DNA of 63,823 nucleotides, filler included, from Octopus bimaculoides (GCF_001194135.2; 6 parts of 6 records of this genome joined end to end with filler, not necessarily neighbours in it); one strand, 5' to 3'; shown: positions 12,302 through 24,202, counted from the whole stretch's first letter. Translations and numbers: made by a program. Notes: a model not told the origin generated them from the letters alone.

Positions 12302-12594
12302 GAAGGTGCATGGCTCAGTGGTTAGAGCGCCGAACTTAAGACCGTGAGGTTGTGAGTTCGAATCCCAGACCGGGCTGCGTGTTGTGTTCTTGAGCAAGAC
12401 ACTATTTCACGATGCTCCAGTTTACTCAGCTGTAGAAATGAGTTGTGACGTCACTGGTGCCAAGCTGTATCAGCCTTTGCCTTTTCCTTGGATAACATCA
12501 GTGGCGTTGAGAGGGGAGGCTAGTATGCATGGGCGACTGCTGGTCTTCCATAAACAACCTTGCCCGGACTTGTGCCTGGGAGGGTAACTTTCTA
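12302..12594 (+). mobile_element. tRNA-derived SINE family D
   Basis: A box TGGCTCAGTGG, B box GAGTTCGAATCC, followed by a GTGTTCTTGAGCAAGACACT core-like domain. Confidence 0.8.
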
Positions 12595-12835
12595 CGTTTG
12601 CATAGCTAATAAGGGTGGCTATCCGGGCAGCTGAGGTCATATCTGGGAGGGCCACTACGAAAAGCAGTGGTCCCAAGACAGTGCCCTGTAGAACACCACT
12701 CACTATTTGTGTTTTCCTTGAGCTGGCTCCATTGGCCACTACTGCCTGACTTCTATCTTTTAGAAAGTCATGTAACCACTCCCAAAGTTTTCCAGCTATG
12801 CTGAGATCACGCATGATCCACTTTACCAAAAGCTT
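12595..12835 (-). mobile_element. CR1/L2-type LINE reverse-transcriptase fragment
   Basis: WLHDFLKDRSQAVVANG...SGVLQGTVLGPLLF...YA, truncated where the SINE at 12302-12594 begins. Confidence 0.8.
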
Positions 12836-13249
12836 TTGCCTGTGTTTTTATTGGCATGGGTTGGCTAGTGTGACTGGATCTGACAGAATAAGGACTGCGT
12901 TGTATTTTGAAGGGTGTATTTAGCTTGGTTTCAATGGCTGATTACCTTTCTTGGCATCAACCACTTTACAGCATGTAGTGGTACACTTGAGGGGCTAAAG
13001 TAGAAGAGACTGGATATTTTTGCTGTAGAGGAGCTACATGGCCACTCACATTTTAAAACCGAGTAGGGTGATTGGGGTGGAACTGGAAAGAGGTAAAAAT
13101 AGTGGTGGCGAGGTTTTTGGGTGGACGGTCATAGTACAAGGTAAGTAGAAGTGTTTGGGAACAAGAGAAAATGAAGTAATTTTCTGATTATTCAATATTT
13201 TCACTTTTAAATGACTTAGAGATATGTAATTTTGTTTTCTTTTTAATAG

Positions 13250-13561
13250 GCTGACAAATTAATTCGAGAGATCAAGAAAATCCAAAATGATGGTTCCAAC
13301 CCAAACCACACGCGTAGGCTGTCGCAGCCTGAAGCTGAGTTTCACGCAGCTGCTTCTGAAAATTCTTCAGAAAAAACAGGAGATACTTCAGATAATGAGA
13401 TCATATTTGTTAAAAATCCTGATCGGCAGATTACCGTCGATGTTGGTGACTTTCTTGAAGTCCACAATAAACGCAATAGCACTGCAGAACTGAAAGATTG
13501 TGAAGACGAACTTGATAAATTAAGTGAACATAACCAGACAGTTGATTTTGAAGATTTTGAG
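13250..13561 (+). CDS. NUSAP1: NUSAP1-like, coding exon 2
   Basis: Pyrimidine tract + TAG acceptor, 312 nt open in phase 0 (ADKLIREIKKIQNDGSNPNH...VDFEDFE), GTAATA donor. ADKLIREIK completes the SAP-like motif begun in exon 1. Confidence 0.75.
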
Positions 13562-14136
13562 GTAATAATTTTTTTTGTCTTTTGGCTGTTCTATGTTCAA
13601 ATCCTACCAGAATTACTGAGTCATGATCTTGGTCTTTTTGTTATAATCTCACTTATGTCTAGGATGCTTTACTGTAGTTGTTCTTAGCCTGAGTTGCAAC
13701 ACTGTTTTATGGGCATTGGTGAACTTACAATGAACTTAATTGAAAGTTTGAAATATTTTACTAAAATCTTATAATTCTTTCATCATTATCATTATCACTG
13801 TTCTAATGTTCACTATACCATGCTTACATGGATCAGAGGGAATTTGTTGAGGCAGATTTTCTATGGTCAGGCACACAAGGACACACATACACACACACTT
13901 AACAGACTTTTTTTCAGTTTCCATCTACCAAATCCAATCAAGACTTTGTTCAATCCAAGCTATTGTAGTAGACACTTGCCTGAGGTACTGTGCTATGGGA
14001 CTGAACTTGAAACCATGTGATTGGGAAGCAAGCCATTCTGGTGTCTTATTATTGATAATTATAACACAAATGCAGAATTTACATTATTTACATTATCTAC
14101 ATTTGACGGATATTCGTCCTCATCTTGTTTGTTGTT

Positions 14137-14182
14137 AACACAACGTTTCGGCTGATATACCCTCCAGCCTTCGTCAGGTGTC
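14137..14182 (-). ncRNA. Minimal type I hammerhead ribozyme (copy in the first Penelope element)
   Basis: Reverse complement is identical in core and stems to 24157-24202. Confidence 0.7.
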
Positions 14183-14270
14183 TTGGGGAAATTTCGAACC
14201 TGGGTTCTCATTCCTATCGATGTTACTATTATTATTATTATTATTATATTATTATTATTATTATTAATCA

Positions 14271-14343
14271 GGTCGCTGCCGTGAATCGAACTCGGAACCT
14301 TGGGGTTAGTAGCCCGCGCTCTTAACCACTACGCTATATGCCC
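14271..14343 (-). pseudogene. tRNA-Arg-like cassette (copy in the first Penelope element)
   Basis: Reverse complement nearly identical to 24005-24077 and at the same position relative to the ORF stop. Confidence 0.6.
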
Positions 14344-15687
14344 GTGGGCAATTATGGGGTGAATTTTAAGGCTTATAAATCTATTATTTTTCTATCCTTC
14401 CTCAATACCGGTTCCCATATGCTATTCATATCTGCACTCGGTCTGCTTAGGAGGTTGTTGTGTCCTAGCATATGTGCTGCTTCTTTNNNNNNNNNNNNNN
14501 NNNNNNNNNNNNNNNNNNNNNNNNNNNNNNNNNNNNNNNNNNNNNNNNNNNNNNNNNNNNNNNNNNNNNNNNNNNNNNNNNNNNNNNNNNNNNNNNNNNN
14601 NNNNNNNNNNNNNNNNNNNNNNNNNNNNNNNNNNNNNNNNNNNNNNNNNNNNNNNNNNNNNNNNNNNNNNNNNNNNNNNNNNNNNNNNNNNNNNNNNNNN
14701 NNNNNNNNNNNNNNNNNNNNNNNNNNNNNNNNNNNNNNNNNNNNNNNNNNNNNNNNNNNNNNNNNNNNNNNNNNNNNNNNNNNNNNNNNNNNNNNNNNNN
14801 NNNNNNNNNNNNNNNNNNNNNNNNNNNNNNNNNNNNNNNNNNNNNNNNNNNNNNNNNNNNNNNNNNNNNNNNNNNNNNNNNNNNNNNNNNNNNNNNNNNN
14901 NNNNNNNNNNNNNNNNNNNNNNNNNNNNNNNNNNNNNNNNNNNNNNNNNNNNNNNNNNNNNNNNNNNNNNNNNNNNNNNNNNNNNNNNNNNNNNNNNNNN
15001 NNNNNNNNNNNNNNNNNNNNNNNNNNNNNNNNNNNNNNNNNNNNNNNNNNNNNNNNNNNNNNNNNNNNNNNNNNNNNNNNNNNNNNNNNNNNNNNNNNNN
15101 NNNNNNNNNNNNNNNNNNNNNNNNNNNNNNNNNNNNNNNNNNNNNNNNNNNNNNNNNNNNNNNNNNNNNNNNNNNNNNNNNNNNNNNNNNNNNNNNNNNN
15201 NNNNNNNNNNNNNNNNNNNNNNNNNNNNNNNNNNNNNNNNNNNNNNTGATTGTTCTGTTCCTTTTCCATGGTGAACTGTATGGATGGATTTATTGAGTTC
15301 ACATGATCTAGCAGCATTTGGACATCTTGCTGGTGGGGCCAGAGAATAAAGGTGTCATCAACGTATCGCAGCCATAGGGTTGGTTTTAGTGGTGTTGATC
15401 CTAAAGCCAAATTCTCGAAGTATTCCATGTATATATTGGCTATTATCGGTGATAATGGCGAACCCATAGCTAAACCATCTTCTTGTCGATATATATCAGT
15501 GTCCATACTGAAGTAGGTAGTTTCTAACAACAAACAAGATGAGGACGAATATCCGTCAAATGTAGATAATGTAAATAATGTAAATAATTCCTCATCTCTT
15601 AAATATAGAACTGTATTAAACGCAGAATGTATTCTTATTAGAAATATGATGACAACGGTATTAAAGATAGTTATTTTCTGTTGTTAG

Positions 15688-15925
15688 GAAAATAGCAAAA
15701 ATGGGAGCGGGACTAAAGAACTGGAAAATGGCAGTGTACTAGATGCTACCTATGAAGTGTTGCCTGATGTCGAAGACCCGGAAGATGAATCAACAAATGA
15801 TGACCCGGCTGTCAAAAAGAATGACAGTGTGAATGATCTTTTGGACGTAATGAAACCTGATATGACTAATGAAGAAATGAAAGCTGAACTGATAGCAGCT
15901 ATTGATAAAAAAGTTCAGAAAAGAA
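15688..15925 (+). CDS. NUSAP1: NUSAP1-like, coding exon 3
   Basis: ttttctgttgttag acceptor, phase-0 continuation ENSKNGSGTKELENG...EEMKAELIAAIDKKVQKR, then a phase-1 GTAAGT donor at 15926. Confidence 0.7.
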
Positions 15926-16111
15926 GTAAGTCATTCTGTTTACTTTACAGCATGTCAGGTCGTTGTGAACTATGTTTTGTGTTACAGTCAATGTATTTCT
16001 TGCTCTAATGATTTAGATAAGCGATTCTCCTTTGTAGTTATTTCTTTTTTCACTAAAACAATATTTTTTAAAGCACAACAGCGCTCTGCAACTCTTTGCA
16101 GGTTCTTTTAG

Positions 16112-16523
16112 CCCTTCAGCTTTCAGATTACTCTGCTAAATGTAATGCTTATTTATTCAAATTCATCATCATCATCATCATCGTTTAACGTCCGCTTTCC
16201 ATGCTAGCATGGGTTGGACGATTTGACTGAGGACTGGTGAACCAGAAGGCTACACCAATCTGATCTGGCAGAGTTTCTACAGCTGGATGCCCTTCCTAAC
16301 GCCAATCACTCCGAGAGTGTAGTGGGTGCTTTTACATGCCACCGGCACGAATGCCAGTCAGGCGGTACTGGCAACATTGTCTTGCAGTGTCAGGATTTCA
16401 GTGATGTGATTGTTCATTTTAAGAATGACATTATAGGGTAGGTGTGAGGCTGGACCTGACTAGTTTGAACACAAAATAGGTAGATTATTTGGACTGGATA
16501 TTGCCAGTTTAAATGCTAAAGGG
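16112..16523. mobile_element. piggyBac-type MITE interrupted by a SINE (16164-16376)
   Basis: The 5' and 3' halves match 51515-51726; ends GCTAAAGGG|TTAA. Confidence 0.7.
16164..16376 (+). mobile_element. Short interspersed repeat family C
   Basis: (CAT)n-CGTTTAACGTCCGCTTTCCATGCTAGCATGGG...CAGCTGGATGCCCTTCCTAACGCC. Near-identical copies at 17366-17567 and, inverted, 43595-43870; others at about 35683-36035, 43985-44160 and 59168-59490. Biological orientation is probably opposite to the strand that begins with (CAT)n. Confidence 0.8.
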
Positions 16524-18665
16524 TTAAATCAAGGTAGAGCACACAGCTTTTTATATTACAGTATTTTAGTTTCATTCCTATCCTTTTACAAATTGCAAAA
16601 AGTCAACCTTTTTACCTTTTTGCTTTACACTCATCTGCTATCAAAACCAGTAATATACTTGGGTAATGTCATCCTTATTACTCTTGCCTTTCTTCTTCAT
16701 AACACTTTGCCTGATTTCATCTCCTCTTCGTCTGTCTTACTTTCACTTTCTGTCCTTCCTTCTGTCGTTGAATTTCTCTACTAAAGCCTTTTCTTTTCAC
16801 AAAATTAGTCACTTCTAGCCTGGATGTCCATGTCAATCAGGGCCACATGCAATTTAACTTCATTATTAATCTCTACTGCTTTTTTTTTTATATATTGTAT
16901 CTCACACAGAAATCTCTGTCCTCTGCCTTCTGGTCACCTGGTTTTCTCTCTCATTCTCTACTTTATTTTTCTATGCATTCCCCCTCTCTCTCTCTCTCTC
17001 TCTCTTTGGGAGAGAGGCACAAGCAAATACACAGACATATACACACATGGCATTAACTTCCACCTACCAAATTCAATCACAAAGCTTCAGTCAGCTTGGA
17101 GCTACAGCAGAAGACACTTGCCCAAGGTGCCATGCAGTGGGACTGAACTCGAAACCATGTAGCTGGGAAGCAAGCTTCCTAACCACACAGCCATGCCCGC
17201 GTATCCTTGTATATTGATTGATTAGGGTTAAGGTAATTATTACTCAGTGTAACCAATACAGAAAAAAACTATTAGCTTCACAGCAGAGACACCTTTTTCA
17301 ACACAGACTTAAGCAAATGCCATGATTAATGTTGTCAGTGTTATGTATAGATTACGATGTGAACCATCATCATCATCATCGTTTAACGTCCGCTTTCCAT
17401 GCTAGCATGGGTTGGACGATTTGACTGAGGACTGGTGAAACCGGATGGCAACACCAGGCTCCAATCTAAATTTGGCAGAGTTTCTACAGCTGGATGCCCT
17501 TCCTAACGCCAACCACTCAGAGAGTGTAGTGGGTGCTTTTACGTGTCACCTGCACGAAAACGGCCACGAAATATATATATATATATATATATATACATAT
17601 GGCTTATATATAAGTACATCTGGATACATGCATTTCAAGCATAGAGATGCAACAATGAATATATTTACATAGATATGCATATATACACATTGTACACATA
17701 CATACATGCATACACACACACACAATGTACGTATGTACATGCGTGAATGTATGTATGCAAACACACACATACCTACATGTTTAAATAAATGAAAATTTGT
17801 ATGTGTGCACTTCATTTCATTCATGTAGATACAAGGTATATGTGATGTATGTGTGTATATATACATATATATATATATATACTTGCGCATACATACATAT
17901 CGTATATGCATTTTGTTTATCCCCAAATAATTTATGAAACATTTAGAAATTGCCTCCCCCAAAAAAGGTAAAACAAATGAAAAAAAAAACCCCCAAAAAA
18001 CAAGAATTGCAAAAAAGAAAAGAAAAAAAAAAACAAAGACATTCACATCAAACCTGAAGTGAATCATTTCAATCAATATTTACCAATTCAAACATTGACA
18101 AATCACAAACTACAGTTAGCACTTTTACTATAACTAGCAGAACTCATGGAAATTCCACAGCCAATTTTGTGGTACAATGTCTGCCATAAACATTTCCCCA
18201 CTCAGTAATAACCTGTCATTTCTTTCATAATTCTTTGGTTAATTTCTCGGGGAATCTTGTTTACCTTCCTTGATCATGTTTTCTCTTCTCGCCTTTTTGT
18301 TTTCATTCTAGCTTGTGTAAAATATTCTTGCCGCATTCATATTTTACCTTTTGTTTTCATTAACAATTCTCATTCTTTTCCTGTTAACTTCAGTTTTGTC
18401 ATTTGTTGTATGACACCTTGTTCCATTTTTTGCATTAATTTCATTCCTTTTCCCTTGAGTTAATGCCTATCACTGTTTCTGATTCTCCTCTCTTTATTTC
18501 TAAATCTTATTTCTTTTCTTCACCCTTTCCCCAGTCTTTCTCTGTATCTTCTCTATGTCTTTCAGTTCAATTCTTGCTCTATGACCATTGGCTACCATAA
18601 CACCAAACTCCAGTTTGGTAATAGAAACACATAAACTCACTCGTACAAATGTTAATAGTGTGTGC

Positions 18666-18689
<24 letters not shown>

Positions 18690-18701
<12 letters not shown>

Positions 18702-18975
18702 GGGAGAATATACAAATAATAACAACAGACGAGGACAGGTGGTGTAAATAACAAAAGTATATATTAGTATGACGCTCGGGAATACGGAAAGTCTTTGACG
18801 TTTCAAGCTACGCTCTTCAACAGAAAGAATACGGAGACAAGGAGAAAAACACGGAGAAAAAAAATTGAATAGTGTTCAGTCAACGGTCAATCATAATAAT
18901 GGCCGATCATAACAATGGCTGACCGGAAGTTAGAAATTCTTATTTCAGGAGAGCTAAGAAAGGGGGAGATAACAA
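18690..18975 (-). mobile_element. Non-coding repeat with a hammerhead-like motif (Penelope pLTR/retrozyme-like family 2)
   Basis: Homologous to 24455-24640. Contains TCTTT-CTGTTGA-A-GAGC(GTA)GCTT-GAAAC-GT-C-AAAGA at 18792-18828. Confidence 0.5.
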
Positions 18976-19075
18976 NNNNNNNNNNNNNNNNNNNNNNNNN
19001 NNNNNNNNNNNNNNNNNNNTTAATTAATTAANNNNNNNNNNNNNNNNNNNNNNNNNNNNNNNNNNNNNNNNNNNN

Positions 19076-19120
<45 letters not shown>

Positions 19121-19124
<4 letters not shown>

Positions 19125-20372
19125 CAGTATGGCCCAGCGTTGCCCGGGATTAAGCTAGGATTATGAAGTGATCAAGTGCTTTATATCAAACCAAAATAAG
19201 TAACATTGACATCAGATTTGAGTGAAATTCGTTGAAATTGGTTTGGCTGAAAATGGTTTACTGGCTATTTGTTTGTGAAATCCCATAAGGAATTAGTTTA
19301 TCAGTTATTTCAACTCATTGACTGCTTTTTTTAAATTTGCATTAGAGATCTGCATAGGAGAAGGTTGATCTAAAGGTTTGTATTGGGGATCTGGATTGGA
19401 GCAACTTAGGAAAACTTACTACAGCCTTAACCAAAAAATAAGGGGCCTTTCCCTCTAGGTTAACTTTATGAGCAACTTAGCCAATCACTGATATCAGCCA
19501 AGTGAGCATTGTTGTTGGAGAAGTCAGCATTGTCCAATAAAAAAGAGGAAGAGTCCATAAGTCATGTTGCCATGGTTTGAGAATATGTCTGGCCAATGCT
19601 TTCGGATCACTGTTTATAACCACATCGGCTGCAATGACATCTTTCTATAAAACTTCGCTATAGACAACATTGCGTGTTCTGCCCTGAGGAGCATACACAA
19701 AAAGAGCGTTTCTACTACCCACATGGGAGCAAGCCACATAAAGTTGCCCATGTGAAAAGCATGGCTCCCACAAATGGATGCCTGCCACCGATAGTGTTTG
19801 GCCTTGGGATTTGTTGATGGACATGGCAAAGCATGGTCTCACCAGGAACTGCGATCTGCAGAAGTGAAATGGCATGTCTGATCCCGAGGGATAAAGGTGT
19901 ATTCTTGAAATGAAAACATTTTCACCCCTCCCGCACTCTGTAACAATGCTGGCCTCAATCAAGTGGGGCATCAGGGACTTACCTACTAAGCAGGTCCCGT
20001 TGCACTGTTTAGGAGGAAGCAAGTTTCTGATTAGCATAAGTGGGCATCCAACCCTTAGCCTAAGAATGTGAGGTGGAAAACCCTGCTGGCTCCAATGAGT
20101 TGAGAAACTCGATAGGGTAAATGATAATGTCTTGGGGGGGGGGGGCACAGGTCCGGTCAATCAATTTGTAGATGCGCTCCTCACCTGGAATTCAACTTAT
20201 GAGCTGGTCATTGATAGCACTGACAGCTACATTTTTAGGGGCCAGGATGGTTCTTTCACTGCGCTAATTGATGTCTGCATAGTTACTTTCCAGATTGGAG
20301 AATACTGTTTCCAAAAGATCAAAAGGGCTGTCCACTGTGTTGCACAGTTCAGAGATGGATATGTCGCCCTTA
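19121..20372 (-). mobile_element. Helitron 3' end with degenerate PIF1-like helicase
   Basis: FAMSINKSQGQTL, FSHGQLYVA, TRNVVYSEVL*, and upstream ILAPKN and IPGEE..Y with stops. The minus-strand terminus has a hairpin (CCCGGGCAACGCTGGG) then CTAG|T at 19121. Confidence 0.9.
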
Positions 20373-20472
20373 NNNNNNNNNNNNNNNNNNNNNNNNNNNN
20401 NNNNNNNNNNNNNNNNNNNNNNNNNNNNNNNNNNNNNNNNNNNNNNNNNNNNNNNNNNNNNNNNNNNNNNNN

Positions 20473-20510
<38 letters not shown>

Positions 20511-21435
20511 ATAGACATATATTTATATATAAATATGCATATATATATATATATGTATATAAATATGTGTGTGTGTGTGTGTGTGTGTTTGTTTCTACAC
20601 CCACCATTGCTTGACAACTGATGTTTGACTAAAGAAACCTATAGTATAAGTACTAGGCTTACAAAGAATAAATCCTGGGGTCGATTTCTATGACTAAAGA
20701 TAGTGCACCAGTATGGCCACACTCAGATGACTGATACAGTAAAACAATAAAAGACTATGCCATTTCAACCCCAAACAACGCCAGGTATCTCTGTTTAGTC
20801 TATATATAAATATGTACGTACATACATATGTACATACATTGAAATATACATTCATATATACATACATACATACATACATACATACATGCATGCATGCATG
20901 CATACAATATATACATATATATCAGGCCTGATATAGTTGCTTGGGACAGGAAAGGCAACATGAAGTGGTTCTAGAGATCAGTTTCTCTATTGATGTAAAC
21001 ATTTCCTCAAAAATCAGTGGGAGACTGAATATTGAGGAAGAAGTGCTTTGAAACTCACAGCTTCTCTACTGAGAGTTATTACTATCATTGCTTTAACATT
21101 TACATGTTTGTATAAGTATGTAGGGGCTGAGTTTTTATAGCTGGATGCTCTTTTTGTTGCCCCTCCCCCACCTGCTTCCAGATGAGGTTTTATTTTCCAG
21201 TCTTTTGAACAAATAACCCAGACATGTTTATGTGGAGAACTGGAAACAAATGAGACCAAAATGAGTCTTTTGTTTTTTATGAAAATCAAGCAACGTATTA
21301 AGACATGTCAAGAAACCTAGATACACTTTTGTAGTTAACTGCAAGTGAATGACACTATTAGAGAAAAGAGGAGAGAACTATATCACCCACACAAACACAC
21401 GCATGTATACATACATACATACGTACATACATATA

Positions 21436-21850
21436 TATGAGGGGGTACCCAAAAGTAACTGGAAATGTTTTCTGTGAGACAAGCCTGTTATAGTTCAGGC
21501 TTTTGCCACTAGAAGCCACTAATGTGACTTTCAGTCATCAGTCTGCTGACTGGTGGCCTCAGATGAAGTTGTACTACAATGTGGTGTGTCTTTGTTTTGC
21601 TGTGTTTCTCCCCTGTTCATCGATTTTTGTGGTGACTGAAACAAAGGAACATCATGCTTCTGTGAAATTCTGTTTTCTGCTGGAAAAAACAGGGGCCAAA
21701 ACAGTTGTCATGCTTCAAACCACTTTCCATACATATGAGATGGTATCAAAAAAGTTCCTGGTCTCGTTACATTTAATAAAAAAATAACTAACTTGCCTAA
21801 GTTTTAACATCATCTCCTTTGGAATAGTTACTGTGTGCAGCAATACACTG
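21436..21850 (+). mobile_element. Two mariner-like 5' fragments
   Basis: TA-preceded termini (tgagggggtacccaaaagt, tgagatggtatcaaaaaagtt); peptide ASVKFCFLLEKTGAKTVVMLQT resembles a mariner N-terminus. Confidence 0.65.
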
Positions 21851-21862
21851 GTACCTACCTAC

Positions 21863-21899
<37 letters not shown>

Positions 21900-21998
21900 C
21901 ATTTATCTATCTGTCTGTCTGTCTGTTCATCTATTTATCTCTCTATCCATCCGTCCATTCATCCATCCACCCATCCATCTATCTATCAATCTACCTAC

Positions 21999-23075
21999 CT
22001 CAATCAAAAGCTTTCAATAGGGTAGACCATCGCTACTTGGAGGCTGTCCTTAGAGCGGTTGGTTTTGGTCCCATCTTCTGTGGTTGGATCATTGCCTTTT
22101 ATAGCAGCATCCATAGTTCATGTAAATGGTAGTTCGCATAAATGGTCATCTGTCCAGACCATTTAACATCACGTGTTTGGTTCGTCAACAATGCCCCGAT
22201 GCCCCCTCTCATTGCTTCTGTACATAGTGATTCTTGAGCCACTACTGCAGAAGCTGGTGATGCTGAGGAGCATCCTGTGAGAGATGGGATGTAGGAGGAG
22301 CGTGTCTGCATATGCGGACAACAATACTGTGATAGTGTCGAGCCACAGACATGTCAACCTGGTCAGTGAAACACTAAAAGAATACGAAGCAGCAACAGGA
22401 GCAAAAATTAACCGGGAAAAGTCAGTGGGCTGGTGGCTCACCACCTGGAGAAGCAAACCCATGCCATTCAACAGTGTCTCCATTGTGGGACACTGGACCA
22501 ACGGACCGGTTAAATTGCTCGGAGTCTGGTTCAATCCAGATCTCCAAATGGAGAACTGGAACAAGATAACGAGTAGGGTGACCACTCTCACCCAGCAATG
22601 GGCTGAGAGGAAGCTATTCCTAAAAGGTCAGGCGAACACATACATTGCATCTGTCATTGATTACAGTCTGACCGTCATGCCTTGTCATGACCCTCCCATC
22701 ACCAAACTGGAACGCATACTCTTCTGATTTTTGTGGAAGGATAGTGTTCTGATGGTTAGGTGATCCATTTGCTGTCAACACCTGCTAAATGGAGGGCTAG
22801 GCATGCCGTGGTTGATGATGTACAGACACAAACTGAGACTGCGACATCTCTGGCGCTTCATAAACAGCGGTGAACAGGTGTGGTCGTTGTTTGTGAGGTG
22901 TGCTTTCTCGCAGCTCGTCGCTTTAATTGAACTGCATGGATCAAACAGAGACCGAGACTAGGCGAATGGCACCATGAGTGCCGCCTTGCTCTCAAGCAAC
23001 TCTGCTGTCCAGGACCAAACTTGTGTGACTTCAATTCCACAAAGGCATTCTGTAGAGGATTAGTGGAGGATTAGT
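21999..23075 (+). mobile_element. Tx1/L1-like LINE RT fragment, frameshifted
   Basis: QSKAFNRVDHRYLEAVL..GFGPIFCGWI, SAYADNNTV, GAKINREKS. Confidence 0.8.
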
Positions 23076-24004
23076 GGAGCAAGATGTCCAAGTGCTGTTA
23101 GATCATGTGAACTCAATAAATCCATCCATACAGTTCACCATGGAAAAGGAACAGAACAATTAGCTGGCATTCCTGGACGTATTAATAACACGCACTGAGT
23201 ATGGATTCAGGACATCCGTATAACGCAAGCCAACCTTCACTGGACGATACCTTAACTTCAATTCCCACCATCCATACAGTATAAAGAGAGGAATTGCTCA
23301 GTGCCTAAAACATCGAGCAATGTTTATAAGTAGTGATCGTGATACCCACCACGAAGAAATGATCAAGCTCAGTAAGAATCTATTAAGAAACAACTACCCC
23401 AAGAACATACTATCTACTCCNNNNNNNNNNNNNNNNNNNNNNNNNNNNNNNNNNNNNNNNNNNNNNNNNNNNNNNNNNNNNNNNNNNNNNNNNNNNNNNN
23501 NNNNNNNNNNNNNNNNNNNNNNNNNNNNNNNNNNNNNNNNNNNNNNNNNNNNNNNNNNNNNNNNNNNNNNNNNNNNNNNNNNNNNNNNNNNNNNNNNNNN
23601 NNNNNNNNNNNNNNNNNNNNNNNNNNNNNNNNNNNNNNNNNNNNNNNNNNNNNNNNNNNNNNNNNNNNNNNNNNNNNNNNNNNNNNNNNNNNNNNNNNNN
23701 NNNNNNNNNNNNNNNNNNNNNNNNNNNNNNNNNNNNNNNNNNNNNNNNNNNNNNNNNNNNNNNNNNNNNNNNNNNNNNNNNNNNNNNNNNNNNNNNNNNN
23801 NNNNNNNNNNNNNNNNTTAAAATAATAGACAGGGAACAACACTGGAAAATACGAAAACTAAAAGAAGCAGCACATATGCTAGGACACAACAATCTCCTAA
23901 GCAGACCGAGTGCAGATATGAATAGCATATCGGAACCGGTATTGAGGAAGGATAGAAAAATAATAGATTTATAAGCCCTAAAAATTCACTCCATAATTGC
24001 CCAC

Positions 24005-24077
24005 GGGCATATGGCGTAGTGGTTAAGAGCGCGGGCTACTAACCCCAAGATTCCGAGTTCGATTCACGGCAGCGACC
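24005..24077 (+). pseudogene. tRNA-Arg(ACG)-like sequence with Pol III A/B boxes inside the Penelope tail
   Basis: A box TGGCGTAGTGG (24012-24022), B box GAGTTCGATTC (24055-24065). Overall resemblance to eukaryotic tRNA-Arg(ACG), but the stems are degenerate. Confidence 0.6.
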
Positions 24078-24156
24078 TGATTAATAATAATAATAATAAT
24101 AATATAATAGTAGTAACATTGTTAGGAATGAGAACCCAGGTTTGAAGTTTCCCCAA

Positions 24157-24202
24157 GACACCTGACGAAGGCTGGAGGGTATATCAGCCGAAACGTTGTG
24201 TT
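24157..24202 (+). ncRNA. Minimal type I hammerhead ribozyme in the Penelope terminal repeat
   Basis: GACAC-CTGACGA-A-GGCTG(GAGGGTATAT)CAGCC-GAAAC-GT-T-GTGTT: stem I, conserved core, stem II and a palindromic AACGTT in place of stem III. Confidence 0.7.

Larger units (their letters stand above)
14076..15612 (-). mobile_element. Penelope-like retroelement, 5'-truncated, with a short inverted terminal copy (NUSAP1 intron 2)
   Basis: RT motifs QEDGLAMGSPLSPIIANIYM and WLRYVDD (15354-15365). The C-terminus matches the copy at 23078-24260. The centre is in an N-gap. 15525-15586 is the inverted copy of 14076-14136. Confidence 0.85.

Noticed and set aside
12302-12380. Functional tRNA genes (here, 24005, 14271, 61670-61743)
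   Set aside because: A/B boxes are present but the cloverleaf stems are broken and the heads continue into repeat bodies, so they are SINE/element heads.
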